Counted from the stretch's first letter, positions 9,607-19,145 are shown. The stretch is DNA of 45,691 bases from Candidatus Nomurabacteria bacterium (GCA_028286645.1 JAQBRF010000004.1:157501-203191), one strand, 5' to 3'. Numbers and translations: made by a program. The notes: generated by a model from the letters alone, not told the origin.

Positions 9607-10866
9607 TTAACAATTCGATCCAGCGACGAATCCTGTTGTCCAACATAGTTGGAGGCTATAACCTCCAGAAGGACGATCTACATTTAATACATCGCCTATT
9701 AAATATAATTGTGGAACTACTCTTGATTCCATTGTTTTAAAGTTAACTTCTTTAAGCTCTACGCCTCCAGAAGAAACGACAGCCTTATCTTCGCTTAATA
9801 AGCCTTTCACGCTTAAGAATATTGACTTCATTTGGTCTACGAGTTTTTTCCTGTCCTCTGTTTTTACGCTATGGGCAAATGTTTCTCCATCTATTGAAGC
9901 TAATTCAAGTAATGGGCCCACGACAGATCCTGGTATAAGAATGCTTAAAACATTCTTAAGTTTTTTATTGCTTTGTTCAACAAGCAGTCTTTGTAATTGT
10001 GCTCGCAGCGCCCCATGATCTAAGTGAGGGAATAAATCAATTTCCATTTTTACGCTTCCGTATTTTAATAATTCCCCTATATCTCTGCTCATGTTTAATA
10101 TGGTAGGTCCCGTGAGTCCTACATGAGTAAAAAGAATTTTGCCTTTGTGTACTTCCTGTTTTATATCATCTAAAAAGGTGGTGATTTTTATGTCCGGTAG
10201 AGTTAATCCGCTTAGCTTTTTCGGCCATTTATCTTTTAATGCAATTGGTATAAGCGCTAAGTCTGGAGCAATTACGGTGTGCCCCAACTTTTCAAGCCAT
10301 GTAAATCCTTCCCCAGTCGATCCAGTTTCAGGGCGCGCAACTCCTCCTGTTGCAATGACGCATGCTTTGGCAAACACAGTTTCCCCCTTTTTAACTTTTA
10401 CTACAAAGTACTCCCCTTCTTTTTCTTTTGTAACGCTTACAACTGGAGAGTCAGATTGAATGGTAACGTTTGATTCGCCTAGATATTTATATAAAACATT
10501 AAATATATCTTCCGCTTTATTTGATGCTGGGAATATTCTCCCTTCATTTTCTTCTTTGGTTTTTACTCCGCGCGAATTAAAGAAATTAAGAGTATCCTCT
10601 ACACTAAACTTTGAAAATGCTGAAAAAAGAAATTTATCATTTCCTTTGTATTCACTAAGCAATGTCCGGGTATCTTTTTTATTATTCGTTACATTGCATC
10701 TCCCTCCTCCAGTGATAAGAAGTTTTTTTCCAAGAGTTGAATTCTTTTCAAGCAATAGTACGCTTTTACCTCTTTTAGCCGCAGTTCCTGCCGCCATCAT
10801 ACCAGACGCTCCTCCGCCAATTACAATTACATCCCAAAATTTTCGTTCTTTAAGTGGTGCTTTCAT
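9607..10866 (-). CDS. HI0933/BaiN-family flavoprotein
   Basis: IGGGASGMMAA, GKKLLITGGGRCNVTN, SGGV, GGYSLQ; start MKAPLK lies just after rlmB stop. Confidence 0.92.
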   Translation of the reverse strand: MKAPLKERKFWDVIVIGGGASGMMAAGTAAKRGKSVLLLEKNSTLGKKLLITGGGRCNVTNNKKDTRTLLSEYKGNDKFLFSAFSKFSVEDTLNFFNSRGVKTKEENEGRIFPASNKAEDIFNVLYKYLGESNVTIQSDSPVVSVTKEKEGEYFVVKVKKGETVFAKACVIATGGVARPETGSTGEGFTWLEKLGHTVIAPDLALIPIALKDKWPKKLSGLTLPDIKITTFLDDIKQEVHKGKILFTHVGLTGPTILNMSRDIGELLKYGSVKMEIDLFPHLDHGALRAQLQRLLVEQSNKKLKNVLSILIPGSVVGPLLELASIDGETFAHSVKTEDRKKLVDQMKSIFLSVKGLLSEDKAVVSSGGVELKEVNFKTMESRVVPQLYLIGDVLNVDRPSGGYSLQLCWTTGFVAGSNC

Positions 10867-10867
10867 A

Positions 10868-11623
10868 TTAATTTTTATTTTGCTTTCTCCATTCATATAG
10901 CGTTACAGCGGCCGCATTTGAAGCGTTTAATGATTCGCACTTTGGGTCTATTGAGATAGATAATTTAAAGTCGCAATGCTCAAGCGTTTTCTCTCTTATG
11001 CCTTTACCCTCTCCTCCTATGACAATTACACATGAAGTATCGAACTTTGTTTCAGATAGCTTAGTGTCTCCGCTGCCAGTTAGCCCGTAAGTCCAGAATC
11101 CATTATCTTTTAATTTCTTTAAGGTTGTATTTATATTTCCTATTTTTACTATAGGAATAGAAAAAATCATACCAGAGGATGCTTTTATTACTGTTCCGTT
11201 TAATAAAGTTTGATTATGTTCCGGCATCAGCACCGCATCTGCGCCAAAGGCTACGGCGCTTCTTATGATTGCTCCTACATTGTGCGGATCTTCTAATTCA
11301 TCAAGCAATACAAACAGAGAGCTTTCGCTTTTATCTTTTGCTGCCTTTAACGCTCCATCTAAATCTGCATACAAACTATTTTCATTTATAATCGCGCATA
11401 TTCCTTGATGCAAAGCGTTTCGTCCGACTAAGGCTTCAATTTCACCTGGAGTTATTATTTCATAATCCATTTTCTCTGCCTGAATTAAGCCGATAATTTT
11501 AGGATCGGCTTCTGCCTGACGGGTTAGATATAGTTTTTCGATTAGATCCTCCAATCCTCTTTCTTTAGCTAAAAAAGCCTCTTTAAGAGGGTTTTTACCA
11601 TATAAATATACTTTCTCTCTCAT
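10868..11623 (-). CDS. rlmB: TrmH/SpoU family 23S rRNA 2'-O-methyltransferase
   Basis: LDELEDPHNVGAIIRSA, IGGEGKG, ESLNAS. Confidence 0.88.
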   Translation of the reverse strand: MREKVYLYGKNPLKEAFLAKERGLEDLIEKLYLTRQAEADPKIIGLIQAEKMDYEIITPGEIEALVGRNALHQGICAIINENSLYADLDGALKAAKDKSESSLFVLLDELEDPHNVGAIIRSAVAFGADAVLMPEHNQTLLNGTVIKASSGMIFSIPIVKIGNINTTLKKLKDNGFWTYGLTGSGDTKLSETKFDTSCVIVIGGEGKGIREKTLEHCDFKLSISIDPKCESLNASNAAAVTLYEWRKQNKN

Positions 11624-11668
11624 GCCTTTATTATATCACAACATAACACTTTATCATAATTGGCAAGA

Positions 11669-12061
11669 TTAAGCTTCAATCACAAATTCCTCCCCTGTTT
11701 TCATGTGGTCCCAGTGAGAAATCAACGCTCCATATTCTTTATAAATATCTCTCATGTTTTCTTCTGGTAATTTTATCTTTTCGAAGCCATTAATCTCAAG
11801 CATCATATTTATTCCATTTAAAAGTTCGTCATAGTTTATACCCCCCTCTTCTTTTAACCTCTGCGCTCCGCCTTGGAGCGCTCCAATGATGGATTCTTCC
11901 CGCATGGGATTAGTCTTTGAAGCGAAAAATCCTTCATTATTTTTCATAACTTTTAAATATGCTAAATGCATGAAGTCATGTTTAATGTAGGATTTGCTTT
12001 CGTACTCCTTTCCGTCCATTAGATGAGACACGTGAGACTTTTTTATAAAAACATGTTTCAT
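11669..12061 (-). CDS. Hypothetical protein
   Basis: 130-aa ORF, backbone-like composition, 10 nt after upstream stop. Confidence 0.7.
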   Translation of the reverse strand: MKHVFIKKSHVSHLMDGKEYESKSYIKHDFMHLAYLKVMKNNEGFFASKTNPMREESIIGALQGGAQRLKEEGGINYDELLNGINMMLEINGFEKIKLPEENMRDIYKEYGALISHWDHMKTGEEFVIEA

Positions 12062-12071
12062 TTCAGTGAGA

Positions 12072-12527
12072 TTATGATTGGATAAATCTATATATTGCGC
12101 ACCTCAAAAATAATTCATTTCCTTGGAGGGACTCGGCGTCCGCATATTCTTTAGTAAAATCCTCGCATGATAAATGCACCTTCGTCTGTATGTCTTTCGG
12201 AGATTTTAGCGAGAGGGCCTCTTCCCAATCTGAGAGGCATTGCCTGTATGTTATTCCGTCCGGCTTATAAAATGGGCATTTACTTTCTATAGCAGTGTTT
12301 GAAAACTTTACAAATTCTGGGTCGTTTATGGAGTCATTTAAAGATGACCTCATATTTTTATAAAGACCATCCAGCTGATGTACCGCTGTGTCTATGTTAT
12401 TTTCATTAATTTTATTTTCTCCATAATAGAACAATCCAATCTCGGACCCTAATATAATTCCTAAGACTAATAAGACAATCGGTCTAACATAATCAGAATA
12501 ACTCCGTACGGTAATATTTTCATCCAT
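12072..12527 (-). CDS. Membrane-anchored hypothetical protein (start re-assigned to MDENIT)
   Basis: TM segment and 4 Cys; TATACT 6 nt before ATG; annotated start lies inside the inverted repeat. Confidence 0.7.
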   Translation of the reverse strand: MDENITVRSYSDYVRPIVLLVLGIILGSEIGLFYYGENKINENNIDTAVHQLDGLYKNMRSSLNDSINDPEFVKFSNTAIESKCPFYKPDGITYRQCLSDWEEALSLKSPKDIQTKVHLSCEDFTKEYADAESLQGNELFLRCAIYRFIQS

Positions 12528-12534
12528 AATTTCA

Positions 12535-12583
12535 GTATACCCCCACACCTATTTGGTTTTCAACAATAGGTGTGGGGGTATAC
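12535..12583. mobile_element. MITE-like inverted-repeat element, copy 1
   Basis: Perfect 19-bp IR gtatacccccacacctatt / aataggtgtgggggtatac; related element at 23126. Confidence 0.6.
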
Positions 12584-12637
12584 ATATTTTTATTTTGTCT
12601 AAAATAAAACACGGAGCTTATAGCTCCGCGTGCAATC

Positions 12638-13039
12638 TCATTGCTTCCTCCTTATCGTGAAATACACCTCCCAATTTTCGCATTGATGTGCTCTCGCGTG
12701 GAAGATCAGATGAAATTGTGGATGATTTTCTACCTGCATCCAGTAAATGACGTTATAGATTGTGTTCAGCAATTGAACGCGTGACCGATCTAGATCTTTT
12801 TCTTCCTCCGTTTTATTTCCAGGGAATTCAACTTTGAAATTCAGCCGGATTATTTCCATTGCGATGGCCTGGAGTCTTGGCGTCAAATGAAGAGATGCTA
12901 CAATTCGTCGCCCCATCATTTGCTCCAGTTGAGCCCTCCTCATCCTCAGAAGAATATTGGGCATTGGGTAATCCTTCGTCTGCTCCAACATGGAACTGAG
13001 AGATTTGAAGTTCTTGATCTTGCTTATAATATCAGCCAT
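12638..13039 (-). CDS. ORFan cassette protein (start re-assigned to MADIIS)
   Basis: AAGGAG 6 nt before ATG; TTGGCA-N17-TAGGAT (13099-13071); terminator cggagc/gctccg near 12601-12632. Confidence 0.7.
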   Translation of the reverse strand: MADIISKIKNFKSLSSMLEQTKDYPMPNILLRMRRAQLEQMMGRRIVASLHLTPRLQAIAMEIIRLNFKVEFPGNKTEEEKDLDRSRVQLLNTIYNVIYWMQVENHPQFHLIFHARAHQCENWEVYFTIRRKQ

Positions 13040-13166
13040 CTGGTGCTCCTTGTGCAGTTCTTCATAGTCTATCCTACTTCTAAATACTAAGTTTGCCAAC
13101 TAGCTTGATAATTTAAAAAACTAGACTATAATAATTTGGCAGCTTTGTTAATCATGGGAGGATATC

Positions 13167-13313
13167 ATCGCACGCCACAGCTATATCCCGCCGCCGCGCA
13201 AGCAGAAGCGCCGTGACAGGTTGAACAGGAATCGCAGAAAGGAAGAAAGGCAAAACGGCCTGCCCGGCCGTCGGCGGCACCAGGAATCGGAGGACGAAGT
13301 GGCAAAGAGCTGA
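13167..13313 (+). CDS. Putative 48-aa Arg/Lys-rich protein with ATC start
   Basis: TTGATA-N16-TATAAT (13105-13132), GGAGG 5 nt before ATC, terminator downstream. Confidence 0.45.
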   Translation: MARHSYIPPPRKQKRRDRLNRNRRKEERQNGLPGRRRHQESEDEVAKS

Positions 13314-13375
13314 TGTCCATGTGATTCCCGCGCTGGTCTTTCATGAAGTTCCTGTGTTTAAAATTCTTTAGGAGA

Positions 13376-13408
13376 AACAAAAGGAGCCCCGCAAGGCTCC
13401 CGTTTTTT
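13376..13408. terminator. Bidirectional intrinsic terminator
   Basis: A-rich flank, ggagcc-ccgcaa-ggctcc, T-tract. Confidence 0.75.
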
Positions 13409-13425
13409 ATCCCTCCGTATTATTC

Positions 13426-13899
13426 TTACTGGCTGGTTTCGGTGAGGTGGGGCTTTTCTTTGCAGTCGGTCTGGTCGTGCAGTTCTTCGAGGGTGGTGTA
13501 AGCCCACTCGCGCTCTTCATCTTCGACGACGAAAATCATGTTGTCTCTCCAGCTGCACGTGGGGCAGTAGCCGAAGAGGCGCGCCTCCCCTTCTTCGAGA
13601 GGGCGCTGGTACCCAAACGCCAACAGGTGGCCGACGAATGTCGCCGCTGCGATTACTTCAGAACCGTGTTGGGGAAGTCGCAGCTTTATGCCTTCGATCT
13701 CGTAATGACCCCACTCTGGACTGAAGGTGAGTCTGAGATCGTCCATGGTGTACCGGGACGGCAGGAACTTCCCGTTATCTTGCTTTACCCATTCCATGAC
13801 TTCAGCGACACTGCACAGAATGCGTACGGTCTCCTTTCCTTCCGGAGAGACGTGTTCATTCCTTTTCCAATCGATTTCATCGAAAGATTTTATGGCCAC
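13426..13899 (-). CDS. ORFan cassette protein with CPTC...H...C putative metal site
   Basis: AAGGAGG 5 nt before GTG; TTGACA-N17-TAGTAT (13958-13930). Confidence 0.75.
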   Translation of the reverse strand: MAIKSFDEIDWKRNEHVSPEGKETVRILCSVAEVMEWVKQDNGKFLPSRYTMDDLRLTFSPEWGHYEIEGIKLRLPQHGSEVIAAATFVGHLLAFGYQRPLEEGEARLFGYCPTCSWRDNMIFVVEDEEREWAYTTLEELHDQTDCKEKPHLTETSQ

Positions 13900-13954
13900 G
13901 ATGGCCTCCTTGGGAACGTATCGTCTTCTATACTACAATACTATATAGAGCGTG

Positions 13955-15364
13955 TCAATTACACCAAGCCATTCCTAAGTAAGGCACTGCCACTCGCCTC
14001 TTGGCACTTTCGCCGAAGAGTATGACCCCTCTTCTTTCGGGGACCTTCTCTTTTCCTCCTACATGGCGCGGATCTGTAACTGCATTAAATGATGAACCAA
14101 GGAAGACCGTGTTCTTCCCGAACTTCTGTGTTACTAGGTCTAGATTTTTATAAAGATTCTGTAATCCTATCTTTCTGCAAATATTTCCAAATAAATCGAG
14201 CTGTTCTACTTTTTTTGTCTCAAGTTTGGTTAGCCACACTCCAGTCGCTCTATAATCTGTATGGGGCTTATATATCTTTGTGAAATTTGTCGCAGCTTCT
14301 CTGATTATGTCTATTGGATTATTGGTCGAATCTCGTAGCTTTACTTCGACTGTGTGATATCCGAAGTCTTGAGTTTTAAGAAATATAGCAATTGAGTTTA
14401 TGAGAAGATCTTCTTTTCTGGCTCGCGATACTGCTTCTTCTATATTTTTAGAAAGCTGAGAGAAAAGGAAAGCTTTATCTTGGCTAGGAGGAGTAAATGT
14501 CTTTGTCGTAGAAATGCTTTTATGCTTTTCCTTTGTGACATTTACTTCCCATACGGATTCGCCATTTAATTCCATCCACATTTCCTGCATTGGCTTGTAA
14601 AAGACTTTCTCAACTGTTGTCTTTTGCATGCGAGCGATTTCTATTGCATTTTGAATATGCATTTTATTAAGTCTCTCAGTGGTCTTTTTCCCTATATTCC
14701 ATATCTTTCGTACTGGAGTTAATTTTAAATACTTTTCTATATCTGCTTTTGATATGACGGTCATTCCATGAGGCTTCTTCCACCCGCTTCCTAGCTTGGC
14801 TATTACCTTTGTGGGACCGAGTCCGACACTGAAGCTCACGCCAAGCTCTTTGTATAAATCATTGCTTATTCTTTCCGCGATCCCTTTATAAGTTAATCTA
14901 TGAAATCTCTGCAGTCCGGTGATGTCTGCGAAGCATTCATCAATTGAGTATTCTTCTACTACTGAGGTGTAGCGTCGCACTATAGAATACATTCTCTTTG
15001 AATATATCGTATATGTTTCATAGTCTCCCGGCACTACTATCACTTCCGGAAATTTCTTTTTTATTTCCCATACTGGCATAGCGCGCGTTATGCCCAAGCG
15101 TTTTGCTTCTATACTGATGGACGTCGCTATTCCTCTTTCCGCTCCGGTTACTATTGGTTTGCCGCGAAGGTTTTTATTTTGCGCTTGCTCGACAGACGCG
15201 AAGAATGAATCGCCGTCTATATGAAGAATAGCTTTTGGGAAAAGACTCGCAGAGTTAGATATGGATTCTATTAAGGATGGAGTTTGAATGATTGCGACTC
15301 TCTTAGGGTCTGTAGTTGATAGCAGATTCTTTTTGTCTAGCTGAGTGAATGTGATTGTGTTCAT
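13955..15364 (-). CDS. dinB: Y-family DNA polymerase (DinB/UmuC-like)
   Basis: HIDGDSFFASVE, YSIDE, AKLGS..KKPHG, QLDLF clamp-binding-like motif. Confidence 0.9.
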   Translation of the reverse strand: MNTITFTQLDKKNLLSTTDPKRVAIIQTPSLIESISNSASLFPKAILHIDGDSFFASVEQAQNKNLRGKPIVTGAERGIATSISIEAKRLGITRAMPVWEIKKKFPEVIVVPGDYETYTIYSKRMYSIVRRYTSVVEEYSIDECFADITGLQRFHRLTYKGIAERISNDLYKELGVSFSVGLGPTKVIAKLGSGWKKPHGMTVISKADIEKYLKLTPVRKIWNIGKKTTERLNKMHIQNAIEIARMQKTTVEKVFYKPMQEMWMELNGESVWEVNVTKEKHKSISTTKTFTPPSQDKAFLFSQLSKNIEEAVSRARKEDLLINSIAIFLKTQDFGYHTVEVKLRDSTNNPIDIIREAATNFTKIYKPHTDYRATGVWLTKLETKKVEQLDLFGNICRKIGLQNLYKNLDLVTQKFGKNTVFLGSSFNAVTDPRHVGGKEKVPERRGVILFGESAKRRVAVPYLGMAWCN

Positions 15365-15382
15365 GGTGATTGTTTTATTAGT

Positions 15383-15943
15383 TTATTTATATTTCCTAAT
15401 GACTGCTTTTAATACTGCTTCTATCTTTAGGGTTTCGGGTTTGGGATATATTTTCCGGAATTTTCTGTTTGCGGGCACAAGAACTGGGTTTCCATTTTCT
15501 AGTTCTAGGTATTTAAGCGTATATTCGTTTTCGACGAGTGCGAGTACGATGTCCCCTCTTACGGCTCTCTTTCCCCTCTCTACCAGCACCAGATCTCCTT
15601 CCATTATTCCCGCGTCCTTCATGCTTTCGCCCCTTACTTCAAGCATGTATGTCGATTCTTTTCTTTCTATTAAAAACTCATCTAGGGACATCAGGTCAGA
15701 TACGTCTTCATCAGATGGTGATGGGAATCCTGCTTGTACGGTTCCTAATCTCATTACTGTTCCGGTCTGAGTGAGTGATAATTTGTTCCCAGTTTTTTCT
15801 AGGATTCCTTCTTCTATCATCTTCCGGACTCTGTAAGCCACTGTGTTCTTCGAGGAGACATTAAAGAGGCTGCACATCTCTTCGTATGTCGGCATCCTCT
15901 TAAATTTATTAAAAAAGTTATTTAGTATTTCGCTGTCTTTCAT
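15383..15943 (-). CDS. lexA: LexA-type repressor with UmuD-like S24 domain
   Basis: N-terminal HTH (MPTYEEMC...SSKNTV), VQAGFPSP cleavage site, GESM Ser and TLK Lys. Confidence 0.85.
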   Translation of the reverse strand: MKDSEILNNFFNKFKRMPTYEEMCSLFNVSSKNTVAYRVRKMIEEGILEKTGNKLSLTQTGTVMRLGTVQAGFPSPSDEDVSDLMSLDEFLIERKESTYMLEVRGESMKDAGIMEGDLVLVERGKRAVRGDIVLALVENEYTLKYLELENGNPVLVPANRKFRKIYPKPETLKIEAVLKAVIRKYK

Positions 15944-15952
15944 GTATTTTAG

Positions 15953-15978
15953 TGTATTAGAACAAACGTTCTAATACA
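15953..15978. promoter_or_regulatory. SOS-box-like operator overlapping lexA promoter
   Basis: Perfect IR TGTATTAGAAC-N4-GTTCTAATACA with GAAC-N4-GTTC core, inside minus-strand TTGTAT-N17-TACACT. Confidence 0.85.
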
Positions 15979-16003
15979 AGGAAAAAGAGTGGATAAACAT
16001 ACG

Positions 16004-16038
16004 GTTATTAGAAATTGGTTATTAGTAATTAGAAAATG
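16004..16038. repeat. 7-nt period micro-array
   Basis: gttatta gaaattg gttatta gtaatta gaaaatg. Confidence 0.7.
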
Positions 16039-16196
16039 GTGGATTCTCAATACTATTTCCAGAATGGGAGTTGACGGAGTTTAAACTTCTTCTTGTGGTT
16101 TGGGTCGTTGACAAATCGTAGTGATTATTATAATGTAAATATAATTGCTGTTTTGATTATTAACTTTTGCGCAGTGCGCAAAGAAAGGTAAAGAAG

Positions 16197-16640
16197 ATGT
16201 CAGATCATCAGTTGGCACTTACCGCACTCGCGTTCGGACTCCTGATCATCGTGTCTCATTACGTGTACGCCGCGAGCTTACTCGTGAAGCTTTCTCAAGA
16301 GCCTGAGAACATTCTCGGGAACTGCTGGAACAGCACATTCTCCTACATGCTCGTATGGTTCGGCGGTCCGACGATGATGGCTGCCAGCTTGCCCTTCTGG
16401 TATCTTGAGGTGTTGAACCATACGGCGCGTACCGTCGAGCAGTTGTTTGTAATCGCGCTCGCCAGTCTCTGGGCTGGGTACCTACTAACGCTTCCCATCA
16501 TTCGCGTGATAGTTCTGGTCGCATTCCCGGGGACGCGGTTCCGCAGGTGGTATTCTCTGAAGATTCTGTATCTCGGAGAATCTCTCCTCGACCAAATGCA
16601 CAGAGAGATTCAAGTCCTCCGTAGACGTGCGCGCCTTTAA
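16197..16640 (+). CDS. Array cassette A, 3-TM membrane ORFan
   Basis: TTGACA at 16108, AAAGG before ATG 16197, terminator 16672-16705. Confidence 0.75.
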   Translation: MSDHQLALTALAFGLLIIVSHYVYAASLLVKLSQEPENILGNCWNSTFSYMLVWFGGPTMMAASLPFWYLEVLNHTARTVEQLFVIALASLWAGYLLTLPIIRVIVLVAFPGTRFRRWYSLKILYLGESLLDQMHREIQVLRRRARL

Positions 16641-16752
16641 TCCGTTCCCCAATTCTTTCCACCTCAACCAAGTCCCCGCACTCGCTGCGGGGGCATTTTT
16701 TATTTAGATTATAATTACACCCAACTTTAAGTTTTTTCAGTATTTAGTATCA

Positions 16753-16781
16753 TTGACAGCACCATCTATTTATGGTATACT
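16753..16781 (+). promoter_or_regulatory. Sigma70-type promoter
   Basis: TTGACA-N17-TATACT with TG extension. Confidence 0.85.
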
Positions 16782-16815
16782 ATAATAGTCTCGTTCTATA
16801 CATAAAGGTTACATT

Positions 16816-17175
16816 ATGGAATATAAGCTTTGGGAGCCCATGCCTCCAGCATTCGGAGAGGCCTCACCCGAGGTCGCAATCCTCGGTGGCACTGTATTCC
16901 TCGTCATAATCGTTCTTTCGTTCATGGCGGCTGCCTGGGTTACCGTGCGGCCGTCGGACCTGGAAGATGACCAGGACGACGAAACTACGCTCGATCGAAT
17001 GCATGGCGAGCTGAAGACGTTCGTGCGGCAGTACAAAAAGTGCCGTGCAGCGTTCGGGATATTCGCCAGCCAGTTCGACGATCTGGACGGATTCGCATGG
17101 TTCATCGCGAACCTGTTCATCTGGACGTATGTCCTCGACCCTCATCATCGCACCGTCTTCGAGTATCTGTTCTGA
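16816..17175 (+). CDS. Array cassette B, membrane ORFan
   Basis: Own promoter, AAAGG, terminator cgtcccgca/tgcggggcg plus T-tract at 17196-17230. Confidence 0.75.
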   Translation: MEYKLWEPMPPAFGEASPEVAILGGTVFLVIIVLSFMAAAWVTVRPSDLEDDQDDETTLDRMHGELKTFVRQYKKCRAAFGIFASQFDDLDGFAWFIANLFIWTYVLDPHHRTVFEYLF

Positions 17176-17301
17176 AGTGTCCTTCAACCTCAACTCGTCC
17201 CGCACTCACACTGCGGGGCGGTTTTTTATTTGACACAAACATTAAATTAGAGGAGGATTAAACTGAATTCCTATTAACGCAACATTAGTGAGGAAACCTG
17301 T

Positions 17302-18249
17302 ATGGCTATGAACAAGCTCGAGTCCAGCCCCTTGGTTCATTTCGAATCTAGGGACCGCCGCTTGCCTGAATGGTTCCGCTTAGGCTTCAGCTTCGGGACT
17401 GACGGCCCCGATCCTCTTCCCCCGCAAATCATTCTTGCGGTCGAGAAGTCCGCGCTAGTTCACTTTATGGAGGATATCGAAAGGAACACTCTCGTTAAAT
17501 ACGCAGGTGAGCACTTGACTCATCGGAACGCCAGTGCTGAATTTCTCACCGATATTCGCGAGCCGTGGGGCTTCGGTGGGATTCTCAAGCCTTATGCCCC
17601 TGCCGAGCCGAATGACTTTCTCCACTTCGCGATCAATATTCCGCGGGTAGAGAAAGAAGCCGGGTTTTGCCGAGATTGCGAGGGTACGGGAAAGGATCAG
17701 ATCACCGGTCAAGGAACCTGTCATCGTTGCAACGGAAGTAAGAAGGAAACGAAGCAGGATCAAAGCGAACTCAACATGATTTCGGCGACGCTTTGTGCGA
17801 TCCATCCGCTTCTAGAACGGCCATACGAAGTATGGCTGCGCGATGTGAAGGATGTGGGGCGCCCACAGCTCCTTTCACTCATCACGAGCTTCGGACCTCA
17901 ATGCCCGTTTATTGCGGTGGTTTTCTCCCCTGAGGTTGTCGGCTTTCTAGCCCGAAATGCAGGGCGCACTCTGCCGCAAATAGAGAGCGCCATGTGGAAG
18001 ACATACATTCAAATGGTGCCGGGTTATGAAAGGTACGGGCCCTATGGCTTTGAAGCGTCGGTCGATCGTGAAGGATGTCCGAGTTTCAGTGTTTCGCGCG
18101 ACGCCCTAATGTCCGTGAGCGGGTTTCGGCAGCCTTCGAGCAGGGATAGGATGAAATTTGATTCGACCGAAGTGATGAGCTACCATCAGCAAGTTTCACT
18201 TCTCGCCGGCATTGCCATGCTTTGCGATATGGTGAAAACCACTCGATAA
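17302..18249 (+). CDS. Array cassette C, ORFan with DnaJ-type zinc-finger motifs
   Basis: CRDCEGTG...CHRCNGS; TTGACA at 17230; terminator 18287-18310. Confidence 0.8.
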   Translation: MAMNKLESSPLVHFESRDRRLPEWFRLGFSFGTDGPDPLPPQIILAVEKSALVHFMEDIERNTLVKYAGEHLTHRNASAEFLTDIREPWGFGGILKPYAPAEPNDFLHFAINIPRVEKEAGFCRDCEGTGKDQITGQGTCHRCNGSKKETKQDQSELNMISATLCAIHPLLERPYEVWLRDVKDVGRPQLLSLITSFGPQCPFIAVVFSPEVVGFLARNAGRTLPQIESAMWKTYIQMVPGYERYGPYGFEASVDREGCPSFSVSRDALMSVSGFRQPSSRDRMKFDSTEVMSYHQQVSLLAGIAMLCDMVKTTR

Positions 18250-18346
18250 CTCGGAGCGAACGCTCTTCTTAACTTCAACCTTTTACACCCCGCCTCGGTG
18301 GGGTTTTTATTTTATTTAAATCTTTTTCATTTCATTTTTTTGAAAT

Positions 18347-18532
18347 AAAAAAGCAAACCTGATTGGTCTGCGATAATGGCAGCGGATAGATAAGGAGCGG
18401 TATCTCACTGGTGGCTCCCCGAGGACTGGCGTCCCTGAAACACGATTAACTGTGTCCCCATGATATGCGTATATTCTGCATCTCATCGTTTCAATGCCTC
18501 CCGCCTATTCTGCACAAATCTATCCGCCGCCG
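18347..18532 (-). ncRNA. Rod-like structured RNA of about 185 nt (6S-like candidate)
   Basis: 14-bp closing stem 18378-18391/18518-18531 (G-U only on minus strand), TG-n-TATTAT -10, terminator gcagacc/ggtttgc-U6. Confidence 0.65.
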
Positions 18533-18653
18533 ATTTAAATAATAACACATTCTTACAATTGCATATTTTTATTTAATAGTTGACTAAACACTATAATTAT
18601 TGTAGTTTAGAAGTAAAGTGATTTCGGTCATACTAAAACCATAGGGAGTTCTC

Positions 18654-19145
18654 ATGTTGAATCGAAAGGCTGTTCGCCGAATGATTGTTCTTGGCGCGAT
18701 AGTAGGGTTTTCCGCTTTTTTCTATCCTGAGACGAAAGATATGGTAGAGAGAAAGCAGGACGGATACCTCGTCCCTTTCGCTCAAGCCGCTGTAAGGAAC
18801 GTGATTACCACAGTATCTTTCGCGCGAGATGGTGACGAGATGGGTGATGCCATGCGCATGTGCAGTAATACTCCACATGAATATCACGTAAACGCACAAA
18901 GCTTCTGGATCACGTGCAGCGTGTCCGCGGATTTCTACCGCACGCTTTCATCTTCGGACGTCGAAGGCGGGCCGGCTCTAGAGGTTATCCAGACCACTCG
19001 TCTGCAGTTAAAAGACGGAGCAGTTCTCATCGCTCTTGGTTACAAAGTGAAGAACATCTTCGTCATCGCTCAAGCGTGGAGGCAGAAGCTCGACGAAGAT
19101 GTGATGCGAGGAGAAATCTCACGCGTTGAGAAATTCGTCCCATAG
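18654..19145 (+). CDS. Array cassette D, membrane-anchored or secreted ORFan
   Basis: TTGACT-N17-TAGTTT (18580-18608), AGGGAG, terminator gccccg/cggggc-T. Confidence 0.78.
   Translation: MLNRKAVRRMIVLGAIVGFSAFFYPETKDMVERKQDGYLVPFAQAAVRNVITTVSFARDGDEMGDAMRMCSNTPHEYHVNAQSFWITCSVSADFYRTLSSSDVEGGPALEVIQTTRLQLKDGAVLIALGYKVKNIFVIAQAWRQKLDEDVMRGEISRVEKFVP

Noticed and set aside
13165-13380. Cys-rich 71-aa minus-strand ORF as a RiPP precursor
   Set aside because: Starts at a terminator, no SD or maturase nearby; promoter, SD and terminator all favour the plus strand
13447-14025. 192-aa plus-strand ORF
   Set aside because: Antisense shadow of the SD-led gene 13426-13899 and of dinB
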